DNA of 64,000 bases from assembly GCA_963662285.2 (NCBI GenBank), contig CAXXMV010000002.1, positions 1,536,001 to 1,600,000 on the forward strand, in the 5' to 3' direction. The notes beneath the pieces were generated by a model. The model was not told the origin of the DNA. It was given only the letters and a program-made list of their open reading frames with translations, and made no database searches. Below are positions 9,705 through 21,396 of the stretch, in pieces. Numbering within the stretch: position 1 is the first letter of the stretch; each line of letters starts with the position of its first letter. A program made the translations under genes and the position numbers. This DNA comes from a bacterium. GTDB taxonomy: Bacteria > Hinthialibacterota > Hinthialibacteria > Hinthialibacterales > Hinthialibacteraceae.

Positions 9705-10748
9705 ATGAACGTATCCATGAACGAGGCATCAGAAATTTCAGTTCCATCGCAGATTCCATTGGACGCCGGCCCTGAAGACGCGGATCGGTTGGCGATCCGG
9801 ACTAAACACCTGACGAAGATCTACTCGCAGAGTAACATCGCGGTCAACGATATGAACCTGGAGGTTCCCAAAGGTTCAGTGTTTGCATTGCTTGGGCCAA
9901 ACGGCGCTGGCAAGACGACAACCCTAAGGCTTATTCTCGGTCTACAGCGTCCCAGTGCTGGAAAGGCGGAAGTGTTCGGGCGTAAATGCGGCCCCAATGC
10001 CGTCGATGTCCGCTCCCGCATAGGTTATTTGCCCACTAATCCGAAATTGCCCGCACATCTCAAACCCATCGAGTATCTGGATCTGTTAGGAAGATTGTGT
10101 GGTCTGACATCCCAGGCCCGGAAGCCGGTGATTGCTTCGTTGCTTCGCGCGGTGGGATTGCTGGGAGCAACCAATCAGCGAATTGGAACGTTCTCCACCG
10201 GGATGTGTACGCGGCTGGGGATTGCAGCATCACTTGTCGGCGATCCGCCCTTGCTGATATGGGATGAACCTACCGCAGGTCTCGATCCATCGGCCAGACG
10301 CTTCACGCTGGATTTTATTCGTGAACTGGGAAAGACCAAAACAATTGTAGTGGCTACTCACATTTTGAGCGACATCGATCAGGTATCCGACTATCTTGGA
10401 GTGATGCATGAGGGGCGAATGATCTACACCGGTTCGATGGCCGATATGAGAAAGCGTCTTCTTTATGACGAATTCAGACTGGACCTGGATGGCGAGTCTG
10501 AGAACATCCGGAATCTAAGCAATAAGGTTGCCATGAAAGACGGCGTCGAGGTTCGGATTGAAGGCGATCGAATTCTTCACGTCAGAATCGCCGATGGGCA
10601 TAACCGTTCAGGCGTCCTTGCAGGTATCTTAAGCATGATCGAGGGAGACAATATATCTCTGGCGGCGATCCGCTCTGGACAGAACACAACCGAGGACGCG
10701 TATCTTCAATTGCTGCAGGAGGACCAAGCCCATGGCTTCGACCGTTAG
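9705..10748 (+). CDS. ABC-2 type transporter ATP-binding protein
   Basis: Walker A GPNGAGKTT, signature FSTGM, Walker B LLIWDEPTAGLDP, H-loop ATHILSD. Confidence 0.92.
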   Translation: MNVSMNEASEISVPSQIPLDAGPEDADRLAIRTKHLTKIYSQSNIAVNDMNLEVPKGSVFALLGPNGAGKTTTLRLILGLQRPSAGKAEVFGRKCGPNAVDVRSRIGYLPTNPKLPAHLKPIEYLDLLGRLCGLTSQARKPVIASLLRAVGLLGATNQRIGTFSTGMCTRLGIAASLVGDPPLLIWDEPTAGLDPSARRFTLDFIRELGKTKTIVVATHILSDIDQVSDYLGVMHEGRMIYTGSMADMRKRLLYDEFRLDLDGESENIRNLSNKVAMKDGVEVRIEGDRILHVRIADGHNRSGVLAGILSMIEGDNISLAAIRSGQNTTEDAYLQLLQEDQAHGFDR

Positions 10749-11646
10749 TAATTCTAATCTCGCCGTGCGGCTAGATCCTTATCTGGCAATATGCCAGTAT
10801 GACCTGCGCGGCCTATGGCAGAGCCGGTTGATCCGGCTTTGGTTGGCTGTAGCCGTGGTTCTGACGCTGCTAATAATGTTGAGCAACTGGGAACAAATGC
10901 CGGATGCTCCTTTGATTGCAGTGATTTTGATCCCGTATCTGGTCTTTCCTTGGCCTTTCGTGGTGATAATACTGAGCGTCACCCCTGTCTCAGATGCACG
11001 AACCGATACGCTTGCCGACGGAATTCTCAGCAGGCCAGTGACCCGTCACGGTTACCTGCTTGCAATCTGGGCAGCCCGGCTTATTGCAGTGCTGGGCGTC
11101 TACCTGGTGGGTACCGTCCCGGCAATCGCAATGCTCACTTTGGCGCAGCGTCCTGCGCCCCAGGATTATGTTACTCTATATGGAATAATCACTTCTCTGT
11201 TTGTAGTGGGGCTGGTGCTTTCCTTGATTGTGTCATTGGGTTTCCTGGCCGGAACGCTCTTGCGAAAACCTTTGCTGGCAGTGGTGGTTCTGGTTTTTGT
11301 GTGGTATCCAGTCAATCTTGTCTTGAGCGCTTTTTCGCTCGAAGAGTTTTCGCCCATCAGTTTGAGCCGGGCTATACCCATACAACTGCAAATGAAATTA
11401 TTTAGATTCGAATAGTCCGATCAAGATGAGGCTGTGAATATAGGAGGCCTTGAAGCTGTCACCGATATTTTGTCCGATTTCGGTAAGACCTTTTCCACGC
11501 CTAAAACCAGTGATAAATACTTCGAGACGGATAAATTCGAGGACTTTTCTTTGCTTCGAGTCACTCTGGGATACGCCCTGTCGTCATTGATTGCGGTGGC
11601 TATTATCTCTCATTTGCTTCTATTGGCGGGATTTGTGATGGAGTGA
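10732..11646 (+). pseudogene. ABC-2 transporter permease, interrupted
   Basis: Multi-TM protein with ILSRPVTRHGYLLA motif. TAG at 11413-11415 is in frame with ORF 11434-11646. A further probable indel near 11610 would restore a ...CFYWRDL end. Confidence 0.7.
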
Positions 11647-11664
11647 ATGTCCGGCGCGAATGTT

Positions 11665-11750
11665 AAGGTGAAGACAGCGCTTAAGGGATAGTCAAAATCA
11701 TAAGTGATAGCATCAAGGGCTGACCGCAATGCGGTCTTGCCCTTGGCACC
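11665..11750. repeat. REP-like palindromic element, long form
   Basis: Second long copy: ...GTGATAGCATCAAGGGCTGACCGCAATGCGGTCTTGCCCTTGGCACC. Confidence 0.85.
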
Positions 11751-11859
11751 CGAATCGTGACAAATTGTCACGGGTAGAAATCCTTATCCGCCCATTATTT
11801 CACCAATCCCCCCAACTCAGCCTATGCAATATATCTATTGCATTTAAAATCTGTTTACT

Positions 11860-13049
11860 ATGAAAGAGATCAGACCTGACAACGGGATTCCTGTATATTT
11901 GTATATCGATCAGATCGAAGATGGAGCGTTGGAGCAGGCGGAGATGTGTTCGCGGCTGCCTCATGCTTTTCATCATATCGCCATCATGCCCGATTCTCAT
12001 CAGGGTTACGCCATGCCGGTGGGCGGGGTGATGGCTATGCAGGGCGCGGTGATGCCCAATGCGGTGGGGGTTGATATCGGCTGCGGCATGGTCGCCGCCC
12101 GCACTGACGCCCCGGCGGTTCAGGTTCGTCCCCGGTTGGAAGCGTTGGCTGAGGAGATATTCTATCGCATCCCGGTGGGCTTCGATTGGCACAAACAGCC
12201 TCAAGAAGGCGAAGCGATAGACCGTATCAAGGCGAAAGGTAAAGCCAAGCGCCAATTGAAAGAGCGTATGCCGGTGGTTATGCAGAGAGCCGATGACGCG
12301 GCGCGTCAACTTGGCACCCTGGGCGGGGGGCAATCACTTTATCGAGTTGGCAGATTGATGAGGATGGCCTGTTGTGGGTGATGCTCCATTCCGGGTCGCG
12401 CAACATAGGTCTGCAAATCGCCAATCATTACCATAAAATCGCCAAACAGTATTGCTCCAGTCTGGGCATGGGGCTGCCCAAGGATTACGCTTTTCTACCT
12501 TTGATACTGCCCGAAGCGCAACAGTATCTGGCCGAAATGCAGTGGGCTATGGATTTTGCTATGGAGAACCGCCTCCATATGATGGATCGCGTTTTTGAAG
12601 CCATGAACGATATCCTGGGGCGGGCGGTTCGCAATACTCTTGAAGTGCGCACCCACCATAACTACGCCGCCTGGGAAAACCATTTCGGTGAAAAAGTCCT
12701 GGTGCATCGCAAAGGCGCGGTTCGTGCGGCGCCGGGTGAATTGGTCACCATCCCCGGATCGATGGGAACCTCCAGTTATATCGGGCGGGGCATGGGATGC
12801 GCTGATGCTTTCCTGTCATGCTCGCATGGCGCCGGACGCGCTTTAGGCCGTAAGCAGGCCAAAAAGCAGATATCACGGGATGATTTTGAAGAGCAGGTTA
12901 AGGATATTATCGTCATGAGCCCCAAGCGAAGCGCTATAATCGATGAAGCGCCCGGCGCTTATAAGGATATCGAAGACGTGATGCGCCAGCAGCAGGAATT
13001 GGTGACTATAGAATTTCGTTTAAAGCCATTGGCGGTGATTAAAGGGTAA
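11860..13049 (+). pseudogene. rtcB: RtcB RNA ligase, frameshifted near 12325-12350
   Basis: IMPDSHQGYAMPVGGV, VGVDIGCGM, QLGTLGGG(NHFIE), MLHSGSRNIG, HHNYA, VHRKGA, IPGSMGT, SCSHGAGR, DEAPGAYK. Removing two extra Gs restores LGGGNHFIELQIDEDG. Confidence 0.9.
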
Positions 13050-13084
13050 TGGGTGATAATCTTAATTCGCCCTCGCCCCAGCCC

Positions 13085-13146
13085 CAATATCATTAAGTTA
13101 AGGAATTTCATACTATCGTTAGTGGCTTGATCAAGGGCTGAGCGCA
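13085..13146 (+). mobile_element. Truncated copy (left end) of the IS4-type MITE
   Basis: CAATATCATTAAGTTAAGGAATTTC...GTGGCTTGATCAAGGGCTGAGCGCA matches 30453-30514. Confidence 0.7.
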
Positions 13147-13366
13147 TGGGAGTAGGTGGTTGCATTGATTGGTGTATTTTTCTCGCATCGGGTATGGATC
13201 AAATATATGTGATCATAAAGCGCGTAAAGATGGGTTTTTTGATCATAAAAGGTTATGATAAATAAATATCTTGTAGTTAACCGATCAATTGGCTATCTTT
13301 AGAGTGGTTATTACAATAGTCATTATATGGTCGCCGTATTAATAGATTATTATCAGGAGATTATTT

Positions 13367-14962
13367 ATGAGTAATCCGGCCGGGTATCTTTCGCTCGTTT
13401 TACATGCGCATCTTCCATTCATCCGTCATCCAGAACATGAAGAGTTTTTAGAAGAAGACTGGCTCTTCGAAGCGATGAGCGAGACGTATATTCCATTACT
13501 GGACGTATATGAGCGTCTGCTCAATGATGGAGTGGATTTCCGCATTACTATGTCGCTCACGCCTCCCTTGTGTGAGATGCTGGCCGACCCGACTCTGCAA
13601 GACCGCTATGAGCGCCGTTTGGAAAAGCACGCCGAATTAGCTCAGAAGGAACTGGTTCGTACATCCAAAAAATCAGCAGCTGAATTTCATGAAACAGCCC
13701 AGATGCATCATGACATCGTAAAAACGTCGTTACGCGTGTTTCGCGATGAACATAAACGAAATCTGGTTAGTGGTTTTAAGCGCTTGCAGGATGAAGGCGT
13801 TTTAGAAGTTATAACCTGCGGCGCCACGCATGGTTTCCTGCCTCTGATGACAACCAAAAACGCTCAGCGTGCTCAGATTCAAATAGCTAAAACTAATTAT
13901 GAGAAACATTTCGGGCGTTCGCCTCGCGGCATCTGGTTGGCCGAATGCGCTTATGCTGCTGGAGTTGATGATCTTCTGGCCGAAGCGGGCATCAATCATT
14001 TCTTCGTCGATTCACATGGCATCCTGTTTGGCGAGCCTCGTCCTAAGTATGGCGTTTTCGCCCCGGTATTGTGTCCATCAAACGTGGCCGCTTTTGCGCG
14101 GGATATGGAATCTTCCAAACAGGTGTGGAGCCGCGACGCCGGGTATCCCGGTGATGTGGAATACCGTGAATTCTACCGCGACCTGGGTTATGATGCGCCC
14201 TATGAAGATATTCAGCCATACTTGCAGAGTGATGGAGTGCGGCGCAATCTTGGTTTTAAGTATCACCGGATTACGGGAGATGTTGACCTGTCAGAGAAAG
14301 AACCTTATCGTCCAGGCGCAGCCCGTAAAAGGGCTGCTGAACATGCAGGTAACTTTATTTATAACCGCCAGAAACAGATAAAATATCTGAAGAAATTTAT
14401 GGATCGGCCTCCATTGATCATTGCTCCTTATGATGCGGAACTATACGGCCATTGGTGGTTTGAAGGCCCAATGTTTATCGAGTCTCTATTCCGTAGAATG
14501 CATCAGAGTAAGAATAAACTTTCATCTATCACTCCCTTCGAATACATGAAAAAACATCCGGTTATTCAATCGGTGCAGCCTGCTCCATCATCATGGGGCG
14601 ACAAGGGATTTTATGAAGTATGGCTTAATGGCTCCAATGATTGGATTTACCGTCACCTTAATCAATGTGAAGAACGGATGGTGGAACTGACAGCGACGCG
14701 TCCCGCAGCGGATGGGATTGAAGAACGGGCGCTTAACCAGGCGGCGCGTGAATTGGTCTTGGCGCAAAGCAGCGACTGGGCTTTCATTATGACCACTGCC
14801 ACCGCCGTACCTTACGCCAATCGGCGTACGCGTGAACATGTCTATCGTTTCAATGTTTTATACGACCAGATTAAGAGTGGTCAAATCGATGAGGTTTTCC
14901 TGAAAGATATTGAATGGAAAGATTCCATCTTCCAGGAGATCGATTACAAAGTGTATGCATAG
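13367..14962 (+). CDS. GH57 family 1,4-alpha-glucan branching enzyme (DUF1957 C-terminal domain)
   Basis: LVLHAHLPFIRHP, EDWLFEAMSETYIP, ATHGFLP, GIWLAEC, PYDAELYGHWWFEG, AQSSDWAF. Confidence 0.93.
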   Translation: MSNPAGYLSLVLHAHLPFIRHPEHEEFLEEDWLFEAMSETYIPLLDVYERLLNDGVDFRITMSLTPPLCEMLADPTLQDRYERRLEKHAELAQKELVRTSKKSAAEFHETAQMHHDIVKTSLRVFRDEHKRNLVSGFKRLQDEGVLEVITCGATHGFLPLMTTKNAQRAQIQIAKTNYEKHFGRSPRGIWLAECAYAAGVDDLLAEAGINHFFVDSHGILFGEPRPKYGVFAPVLCPSNVAAFARDMESSKQVWSRDAGYPGDVEYREFYRDLGYDAPYEDIQPYLQSDGVRRNLGFKYHRITGDVDLSEKEPYRPGAARKRAAEHAGNFIYNRQKQIKYLKKFMDRPPLIIAPYDAELYGHWWFEGPMFIESLFRRMHQSKNKLSSITPFEYMKKHPVIQSVQPAPSSWGDKGFYEVWLNGSNDWIYRHLNQCEERMVELTATRPAADGIEERALNQAARELVLAQSSDWAFIMTTATAVPYANRRTREHVYRFNVLYDQIKSGQIDEVFLKDIEWKDSIFQEIDYKVYA

Positions 14963-14984
14963 TCATATAAAGCACTGTGGATAA

Positions 14985-15028
14985 ACATTCCTCTCCCAAG
15001 ATTGGGAGAGGTTAGGAGAGGGTTGATA
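14985..15028. repeat. Palindromic intergenic repeat (reverse-complement copy of 5861-5905)
   Basis: ACATTCCTCTCCCAAGATTGGGAGAGGTTAGGAGAGGGTTGAT. Confidence 0.75.
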
Positions 15029-15266
15029 TCAGCAATCTTTGCAGAAGAATAATCAACAATAAGCTATTTCCAATCAACATTATCGATAATCACTGATTCT
15101 ATCTAATGGCGCCACTTCCATTCCAAGCGAATGGCGCCACAATTCTAAGAATTATTTCAAAATTATCTGATTTCGGTGAGATATTCTGTACTATTAGATA
15201 ACTCATTATTTAATTCCCTAATTTAATTTGAATTATTCATTTAGTAATACGAAGGAGACTAAACAA

Positions 15267-16358
15267 ATGACTGACCGGATATTTAATTTCAGCGCTGGAC
15301 CGGCGGTTCTGCCGCTTTCAGTTTTGGAAAAAGCGCAAAGTGAACTGGTGAATTATGCGGGATGCGGCATGTCCGTTATGGAGATGAGCCACCGCTCCAA
15401 AGAGTTCAGCGGCATTATAGAACGGGCGGATTCTGGAATGCGCCAGGCGTTGAATATACCGGACGATTATGCAGTGCTCTTTTTACAGGGCGGCGCCAGT
15501 TTGCAGTTCGCTATGGTTCCAATGAACCTGTATCAGGCAGGCAAGCCGGTCGATATTATCCACACTGGCAGCTGGACCAAGAAAGCCATCGCCGAACATA
15601 AGAAACTGTCTGAATATAGATTGGCGGCTACGACTGAAGAAGACAGGTTTTTGCGTTTGCCCAAACCGGAAGAGATCAATTTAAGCGGCGATGCATCGTA
15701 TGTCTATATGTGCTCGAACAACACTATTGCTGGAACCCAGTTTAAGCAGTTTCCTGATACGGGCGACATTCCACTAGTGGCTGATATGTCGTCGGATATC
15801 CTTTCCCGACAACTTGATATATCCAAATTCGGATTGATCTTCGCTGGCGCTCAGAAGAACATCGGGCCATCCGGCGTGACATTAGTGATTATCCGCAAAG
15901 ACCTGGCTGATAGAGCCGCAGAGACGCTGCCCACTATGATGCAGTATCGCACTCATATCGCAGGTGGATCACTGTATAACACTCCGCCAACTTACGGCAT
16001 CTATATCGCGATGTTAGTGGTTGAGTGGATTAATGAACAAGGCGGCGTTTCTGTGATGGAAAAGATAAATGCAGATAAAGCGCAGATACTTTATGACGCC
16101 ATAGATCAGAATGATTTCTTCTACTGCCCGATTCCAGCCGCAGACCGTTCGCCGATGAACGTCGTTTTCCGCGTGACGGGCGACAAAGAAGATGTAGAGA
16201 AAACTTTTGTCGAGCAAGCAACGGCTGCTGGATTAAGCGGGCTGAAAGGCCACCGTTCAGTCGGTGGACTACGCGCTTCGATTTATAATGCGCACCCCGT
16301 TGAGGGCGTTAAGGCGTTGGTCTCGTTCATGAATGATTTTGCCAAACTGAACAGATAA
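15267..16358 (+). CDS. serC: Phosphoserine aminotransferase
   Basis: FNFSAGPAVLP, MSVMEMSHRS, FLQGGASLQF, AGAQKNIGPSG, KGHRSVGGLRASIYNA; RBS AAGGAG before ATG 15267. Confidence 0.97.
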   Translation: MTDRIFNFSAGPAVLPLSVLEKAQSELVNYAGCGMSVMEMSHRSKEFSGIIERADSGMRQALNIPDDYAVLFLQGGASLQFAMVPMNLYQAGKPVDIIHTGSWTKKAIAEHKKLSEYRLAATTEEDRFLRLPKPEEINLSGDASYVYMCSNNTIAGTQFKQFPDTGDIPLVADMSSDILSRQLDISKFGLIFAGAQKNIGPSGVTLVIIRKDLADRAAETLPTMMQYRTHIAGGSLYNTPPTYGIYIAMLVVEWINEQGGVSVMEKINADKAQILYDAIDQNDFFYCPIPAADRSPMNVVFRVTGDKEDVEKTFVEQATAAGLSGLKGHRSVGGLRASIYNAHPVEGVKALVSFMNDFAKLNR

Positions 16359-16382
16359 TTTTTATTCATACAAACTGGTAAT

Positions 16383-16424
16383 CAGAAAGGGCGATCTTCG
16401 GGACGCCCTTTCTGCGTTTGTTTT
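16383..16424 (+). terminator. Intrinsic terminator after serC
   Basis: CAGAAAGGGCG...CGCCCTTTCTG stem, then GTTTGTTTT. Confidence 0.75.
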
Positions 16425-16677
16425 ACGCAATTGAATAAAAATGGAATCGGTTGTTCTGTTATATGTACAAGTAATATTAATAGAATATTGTTGACTTGTA
16501 TTTTAGAGTATCTTTGCAGTGTTGAATTAAAGAGAAAAAACACTGCCATATTTTTGAAAGGAGGTGGATTTCTTAATAACTCATTGAAATGTCGAGTATC
16601 TAAGAATTTTCATATTCGATATTTGGGTAATCGATATATGTTGATGTGTCTAAACAAACATACTTTTGGAGGATTAC

Positions 16678-18097
16678 ATGAAATTAATAACAATAAGTTT
16701 ACTTCTGGTTTGTCTTTTTGCGCTTCCAGTTATGTCGCAGGATGTAGAAATTAAGCCGGTTTTTGAGCATCTGGCCAAAAACGGCGTTCCCGGATTTCCC
16801 TTCATGGTGGCTCAGCAGGGTTTAAACGATGATTCTTCAGAAGGCCATGCAGACTATGACATGATTAGTTCATTTGTGCGGTATGATGAAAACCGTTTGC
16901 TACTCTATGTAGTTGAAAACGGAATCGATGAATCCGCCGCTGATCATGACGCCGCCATGGCAGCGGAATTTCCCGACCGCACTATCTGGTGGATAAATCC
17001 AGTGACTGGCGCTCCGATGGGTATTGCGCTTAACGTGGGATTGGAACCATGGCCTAATTCCGACTTTTATATTCAAAAGACGACAGGCCAGCATCCTGAC
17101 GGTCCTACTAGTGATCGTAGTTGGGCTTTGGTTGACGTTTATCCCGTTATTTCAGTTGATGGAGATGGATATCTATATCTGGGTAATGTTCATAACATTA
17201 TTCGCTACACCCTGGAAGGCGACCAATTCGGCAACCCCGAAAAAGTATGGAACCGTCCCGAAGAAGAGACCACCAACCAGCATTACCGGGCATGGCGCAT
17301 TTGGGATATGAATGTCATTGGTTCGGGAAACAACAAGAAAATGACCATTGACGCCAAGTATTGGATTGACTTGGGTGGAACGTGGTATCTATCTTCTACA
17401 GATGGCGGTAAGAGCTGGACATGGGAAGATGAGTTCAATAGCGGCGGCGGTTCGAGCGTACCAGTTGAATTTGAGTTGTTTGGAGACAATCTGGAACTGG
17501 TTTTCAACACTGCTTTTCCCTGGACGTGATGGTGGAAGAGGCAACACGCCGCTACGCCGTTATTTACGTCCGGTAGGTTCGCCTGAGGAATTCCAGGAAG
17601 AAGTCGCCGAACTTTGGAAACCGACGCGTGATCCAGCGATTGAAGATATGCCAGAACCTGATTCGGTGACATCCTTATATCAGGGTTGGTCCAAATGCGA
17701 CGTAGCCGCTTATCCGGGGATACCATACATAACGGTTTGCACCATTCCCCGTTGGCAGAGCCGTTTGGATGACTATGGCGACCAGGCTTTTCCAACCGCA
17801 TGGTTGGCGCTTCACAGCATCGATGAAGATTTGAATGGTGATGGCGCTGAAGGCGACTTTGTTGCTGGTTACTCAATCGAGCATTTTGATGCCGATGAAC
17901 CGGGTATGATGGATGCCGGAGCGCCTACCGATCCCTGGGTTAATATCTATTTGAGTGAAGTTAATATGTATGTCCCTGAAGGTTTCACCAATGGCGCTTT
18001 TGAAATTCTATGGAGCGGTGGTGGAATCGGATATGGCCGTTATGTTGTCGGCGATGTTGAAATTCCGACTGAATTAATGAATTGGCAACTGTTCTAA
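16678..18097 (+). CDS. Secreted hypothetical protein with a BNR/Asp-box-like motif and C-terminal sorting-like motif; one +1 indel near 17518
   Basis: Signal peptide MKLITISLLLVCLFALPVMS; STDGGKSW Asp-box. Removing one C in TTTCCCTGG fuses the two ORFs (..TAFPGRDGG..). Ends PTELMNWQLF. Confidence 0.7.
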
Positions 18098-18124
18098 GTT
18101 TTAAGAAGTGAAAAGATGTAATTA

Positions 18125-18150
18125 AAAGGGGGCCTCGCGGCCCCCTTTTC
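18125..18150 (+). terminator. Intrinsic terminator
   Basis: AAAAGGGGGCC-TCGC-GGCCCCCTTTT. Confidence 0.8.
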
Positions 18151-18378
18151 TCATTGTGAAGAGTTGTGTATAAAACGCGATTTTAATGAATATGATTTTC
18201 AAATATCTTTCTAATTACTTATTAGGTGAATCTGATAACAAATTCTTTCTATAAGGATTACACCGTTGATAAGCTGCCCTACAATCTATTACGATAAGAT
18301 AATAAGGGGGGTATGAATATGAATGTTTTATGAATCCCTCTCTAACATTAATTTAAACCTATAATATTCAGATAAATA

Positions 18379-19770
18379 ATGGCTATTCTATTTAAATCTC
18401 GTCCCAAAAATCCCGGCGGCTTTCGAGAGTTTCTGGTGATTGCATTTCCACTGGTAATCAGTAATGCTTCTATTACCATGATGCATTTCATCGACCGCTT
18501 GATGCTCTCATGGTCCAGCCCTGAAGAAATAGCCGCCTGCATCCCGGCGGGCATTTTCGCATGGATGCTGCTTGCTTTGTTTATTGGAATAAGTGAATAT
18601 ACCAATACATTCATAGCTCAGTTTTTTGGCGCCAAGCGCTATTTCTCTATCGGCGCCGCAACCTGGCAGGGGATTTTCTTCTCGTTGATTTGTGGAATCG
18701 CCAGTCTCTCTCTACTGCCGCTTGGCATAAAAATATTTGATTGGATCGGGCATCCGGCTGATATTATCCAATACGAAAAAGCCTATTATGCGATAATATT
18801 CTCTGGTGGAACTTTCATCATCCTCAAAGAATCATTGAGCAGTTTCTATTCAGGACGCGGCAAGACGCTAGTGGTGATGACCGTCAATATTCTCGCCAAT
18901 ATCTTCAATGCCGTGCTGGATTACGCATTAATCTTCGGGGCTTGGGGTTTCCCATGCATGGGAATTCGAGGCGCTGCTTTGGCGACGGTTATATCCACTG
19001 TTATTACCTGCATAATATTTTTTGTATTATTTCTGTCTCCCCGCAATGCGCATAGATATAACACGCGGAAGATGCGGTTTAATTGGACGCTTATGAAGCG
19101 CATGATACGCTTCGGGGCGCCTTCGGGAATCCATTTTTTCCTTGAAGTGAGCGCTTTCACCGCATTTGTTTTTATCATCGGTAATATTGGGAAACTGGAA
19201 CTGGCGGCCAGCAATATCGCGCTGGCTCTCAACAGTCTGGCATGGCTGCCCATGTTGGGCGCCGGAATGGCCACCGCAACCATTGTTGGACAATATATTG
19301 GCAAAAAAGATATTAAAACCGCCGAAAAAAGCGCTTATACAGCTGTGATTACTGTTGAAATCTATATGATCTTTTTTGCCATAGTTTATATCTGTTTTCC
19401 TACGATGTTGCTTAGTCTTTTTCAGGGTGACTCAGTCAATATCGATGTCCCATTCTCGGAAATTCAACGTTACGGCAGAATAATTCTGCTTTTAGTGGCG
19501 GTTTATCAAATATCGGATGCGATGAACATAACCTTCTCTGGAGCTTTGCGAGGCGCGGGCGACACCAGATTCGCTATGTGGGCTAATATTGTTTTCGCCT
19601 GGTTATTGTTTATTCCCGGTACGTTGATCACTGTTTTATATTTAAAGCAGGGATTAATTGGCGCCTGGTGCTGGGCGACGGCGTATATTTCTATGTTGGG
19701 CGTCGCCTATTTGATACGTTTCCGCTTAGGGCATTGGAAACGCATTAAGTTAATCTCTAATCATGAATGA
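18379..19770 (+). CDS. MATE family efflux transporter
   Basis: About 12 TM; MGIRGAALATVIS, RFGAPSG, GALRGAGDTRFAM. Confidence 0.92.
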   Translation: MAILFKSRPKNPGGFREFLVIAFPLVISNASITMMHFIDRLMLSWSSPEEIAACIPAGIFAWMLLALFIGISEYTNTFIAQFFGAKRYFSIGAATWQGIFFSLICGIASLSLLPLGIKIFDWIGHPADIIQYEKAYYAIIFSGGTFIILKESLSSFYSGRGKTLVVMTVNILANIFNAVLDYALIFGAWGFPCMGIRGAALATVISTVITCIIFFVLFLSPRNAHRYNTRKMRFNWTLMKRMIRFGAPSGIHFFLEVSAFTAFVFIIGNIGKLELAASNIALALNSLAWLPMLGAGMATATIVGQYIGKKDIKTAEKSAYTAVITVEIYMIFFAIVYICFPTMLLSLFQGDSVNIDVPFSEIQRYGRIILLLVAVYQISDAMNITFSGALRGAGDTRFAMWANIVFAWLLFIPGTLITVLYLKQGLIGAWCWATAYISMLGVAYLIRFRLGHWKRIKLISNHE

Positions 19771-19860
19771 TTCAGTGCAAATATCAAAGCGCATCTTCCC
19801 CAATGGCGCAAAATAACATACGGTGTAAGTAAAAATTCGGGATGGTATGGCAGCGTTATC

Positions 19861-21396
19861 GTGAATGAACCAACTCTTTCAACCATAATATTGAGCGCTT
19901 TGATGGATTGCTGCGATGGATCAGTCATTCTTTTATTGATTGCATCTTGCGCCGTATCTATTCGATTCAGGATGTTCCGGTTTCTGACGCCTTTGATTCT
20001 ATCAGGAGTCATCATTGCCGAAGCGTTGATCAATATACCTTTTTTTGTCTCTATGGTTGGAGCGAAATGGCTTTTTGTCTTATGGGGACCGGGTTTGTCG
20101 TTGATCATTTATTCTACGTACAAGAAGATTAAGGGTATGGCGATAGAGCATACTGGCGACTATCCTCCTTTAATCTTCGTTCTGGCTGGGCACGGGATCG
20201 CTCTGGCTGGATTTTTCTCAATATTACTCCTTATTTATCAACAAGTTAAATCAGGTCAGGCTATCGACTGGCCGCGAATCAATGCTTATGGAGTGGTCGT
20301 TCTCTCTTTTTACCTGCTCTTCGAAATTGCGCCCTGGCGTCTGTTGCCTATCCGATCGCCGAAAGATATCGCATGCATCTTATTACTGGTTGCGGTGGGG
20401 CTCTTTGTTCTGCGGGGAGGTATGTGGTGTTACGGACTTTTTAATGCATCAGTTAAAGAGCGTCCCGGCAGTTTCCGCCTTAAGGGACTCATATATAGCG
20501 AAGAATTGGCCAGTGGATGGCGTTTTAACCGCCTGAAAGAACTGACAGACCAATATTGGCGCTATATAGTTCATCCATTGATGGTTAAACAAGAGCCTCC
20601 ATTTGTCAGGAATGAAGCGTTCTTATGGGATGGATTGCAAAAAGCGGAGGATTTCCGCCAGAGCCTGTTGGTTCCAGATGAAAATGGATTCACCCGCGCC
20701 GAACTGATTGCAATGGCGATAGTTGAGTTCAAGAATTCGGCTGAAATGTTATTGGAAGACCACGTATCGCTGAAGCGATTCAAGTTTGACGCCTATGATC
20801 TATTAGAACAAATCAATGGAAATGAGTTTGAAATAGACAGTAAAGGCGCGTTTGATGAATTTATCGGGCGTTGGTATGGAATCTGGGATAAGTCGCCTGT
20901 AAATCACCATTGGAGGCCTTTGGAATATTTCGAACCAGTATTGACTATTCCAGGTGAAAATTCTATGCAACTGAGGATGAGACAATATTGCTGGATCGGT
21001 GATGGCTTTGGCTGGAACGCTATCGCTTCAATTCCATCTGCTGCAGATGCGAACAAAACTAAAGAGAATATATTAGGGATTGTCTATCATGTCAAAGATA
21101 AAAAGGTAGATAGCATTACTGGGATTAGGCCTCATATCGGTCTGGTAGTGGGCTATGGTCAACTGATTTGGATAACTGATGGAGAGATATTTTTAGAAGA
21201 GGTTATTACATACAAGAATAAAAGCCATAACTATTATGCTATAACTGGTTTTAATTATATTATTGATAATAATACACTTATGAATAATGGAGATTTATTT
21301 CAGGCGGTATATTCCCGATTAGCAAAGAACAGAACCGCTTTCTTTAAATCGAATTTCAAACTCTCAATCTCAGTTGATGCTGTTCCCTATAATTAA
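19861..21396 (+). CDS. Hypothetical membrane protein (N-terminal TM helices plus soluble C-terminal domain)
   Basis: Long ORF with ~6 hydrophobic segments in the first 190 aa; no family recognised; start uncertain. Confidence 0.6.
   Translation: MNEPTLSTIILSALMDCCDGSVILLLIASCAVSIRFRMFRFLTPLILSGVIIAEALINIPFFVSMVGAKWLFVLWGPGLSLIIYSTYKKIKGMAIEHTGDYPPLIFVLAGHGIALAGFFSILLLIYQQVKSGQAIDWPRINAYGVVVLSFYLLFEIAPWRLLPIRSPKDIACILLLVAVGLFVLRGGMWCYGLFNASVKERPGSFRLKGLIYSEELASGWRFNRLKELTDQYWRYIVHPLMVKQEPPFVRNEAFLWDGLQKAEDFRQSLLVPDENGFTRAELIAMAIVEFKNSAEMLLEDHVSLKRFKFDAYDLLEQINGNEFEIDSKGAFDEFIGRWYGIWDKSPVNHHWRPLEYFEPVLTIPGENSMQLRMRQYCWIGDGFGWNAIASIPSAADANKTKENILGIVYHVKDKKVDSITGIRPHIGLVVGYGQLIWITDGEIFLEEVITYKNKSHNYYAITGFNYIIDNNTLMNNGDLFQAVYSRLAKNRTAFFKSNFKLSISVDAVPYN

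Noticed and set aside
7481-11415. TAG stop-codon recoding (in-frame TAGs in CotH and the ABC permease)
   Set aside because: Both TAGs lie in genes with other apparent indels, and conserved genes (GH57, oxidoreductase, four array genes) end properly at TAG
11756-11772. Palindrome CGTGACAAATTGTCACG upstream of rtcB
   Set aside because: Single copy abutting a REP element; cannot tell an operator from repeat debris
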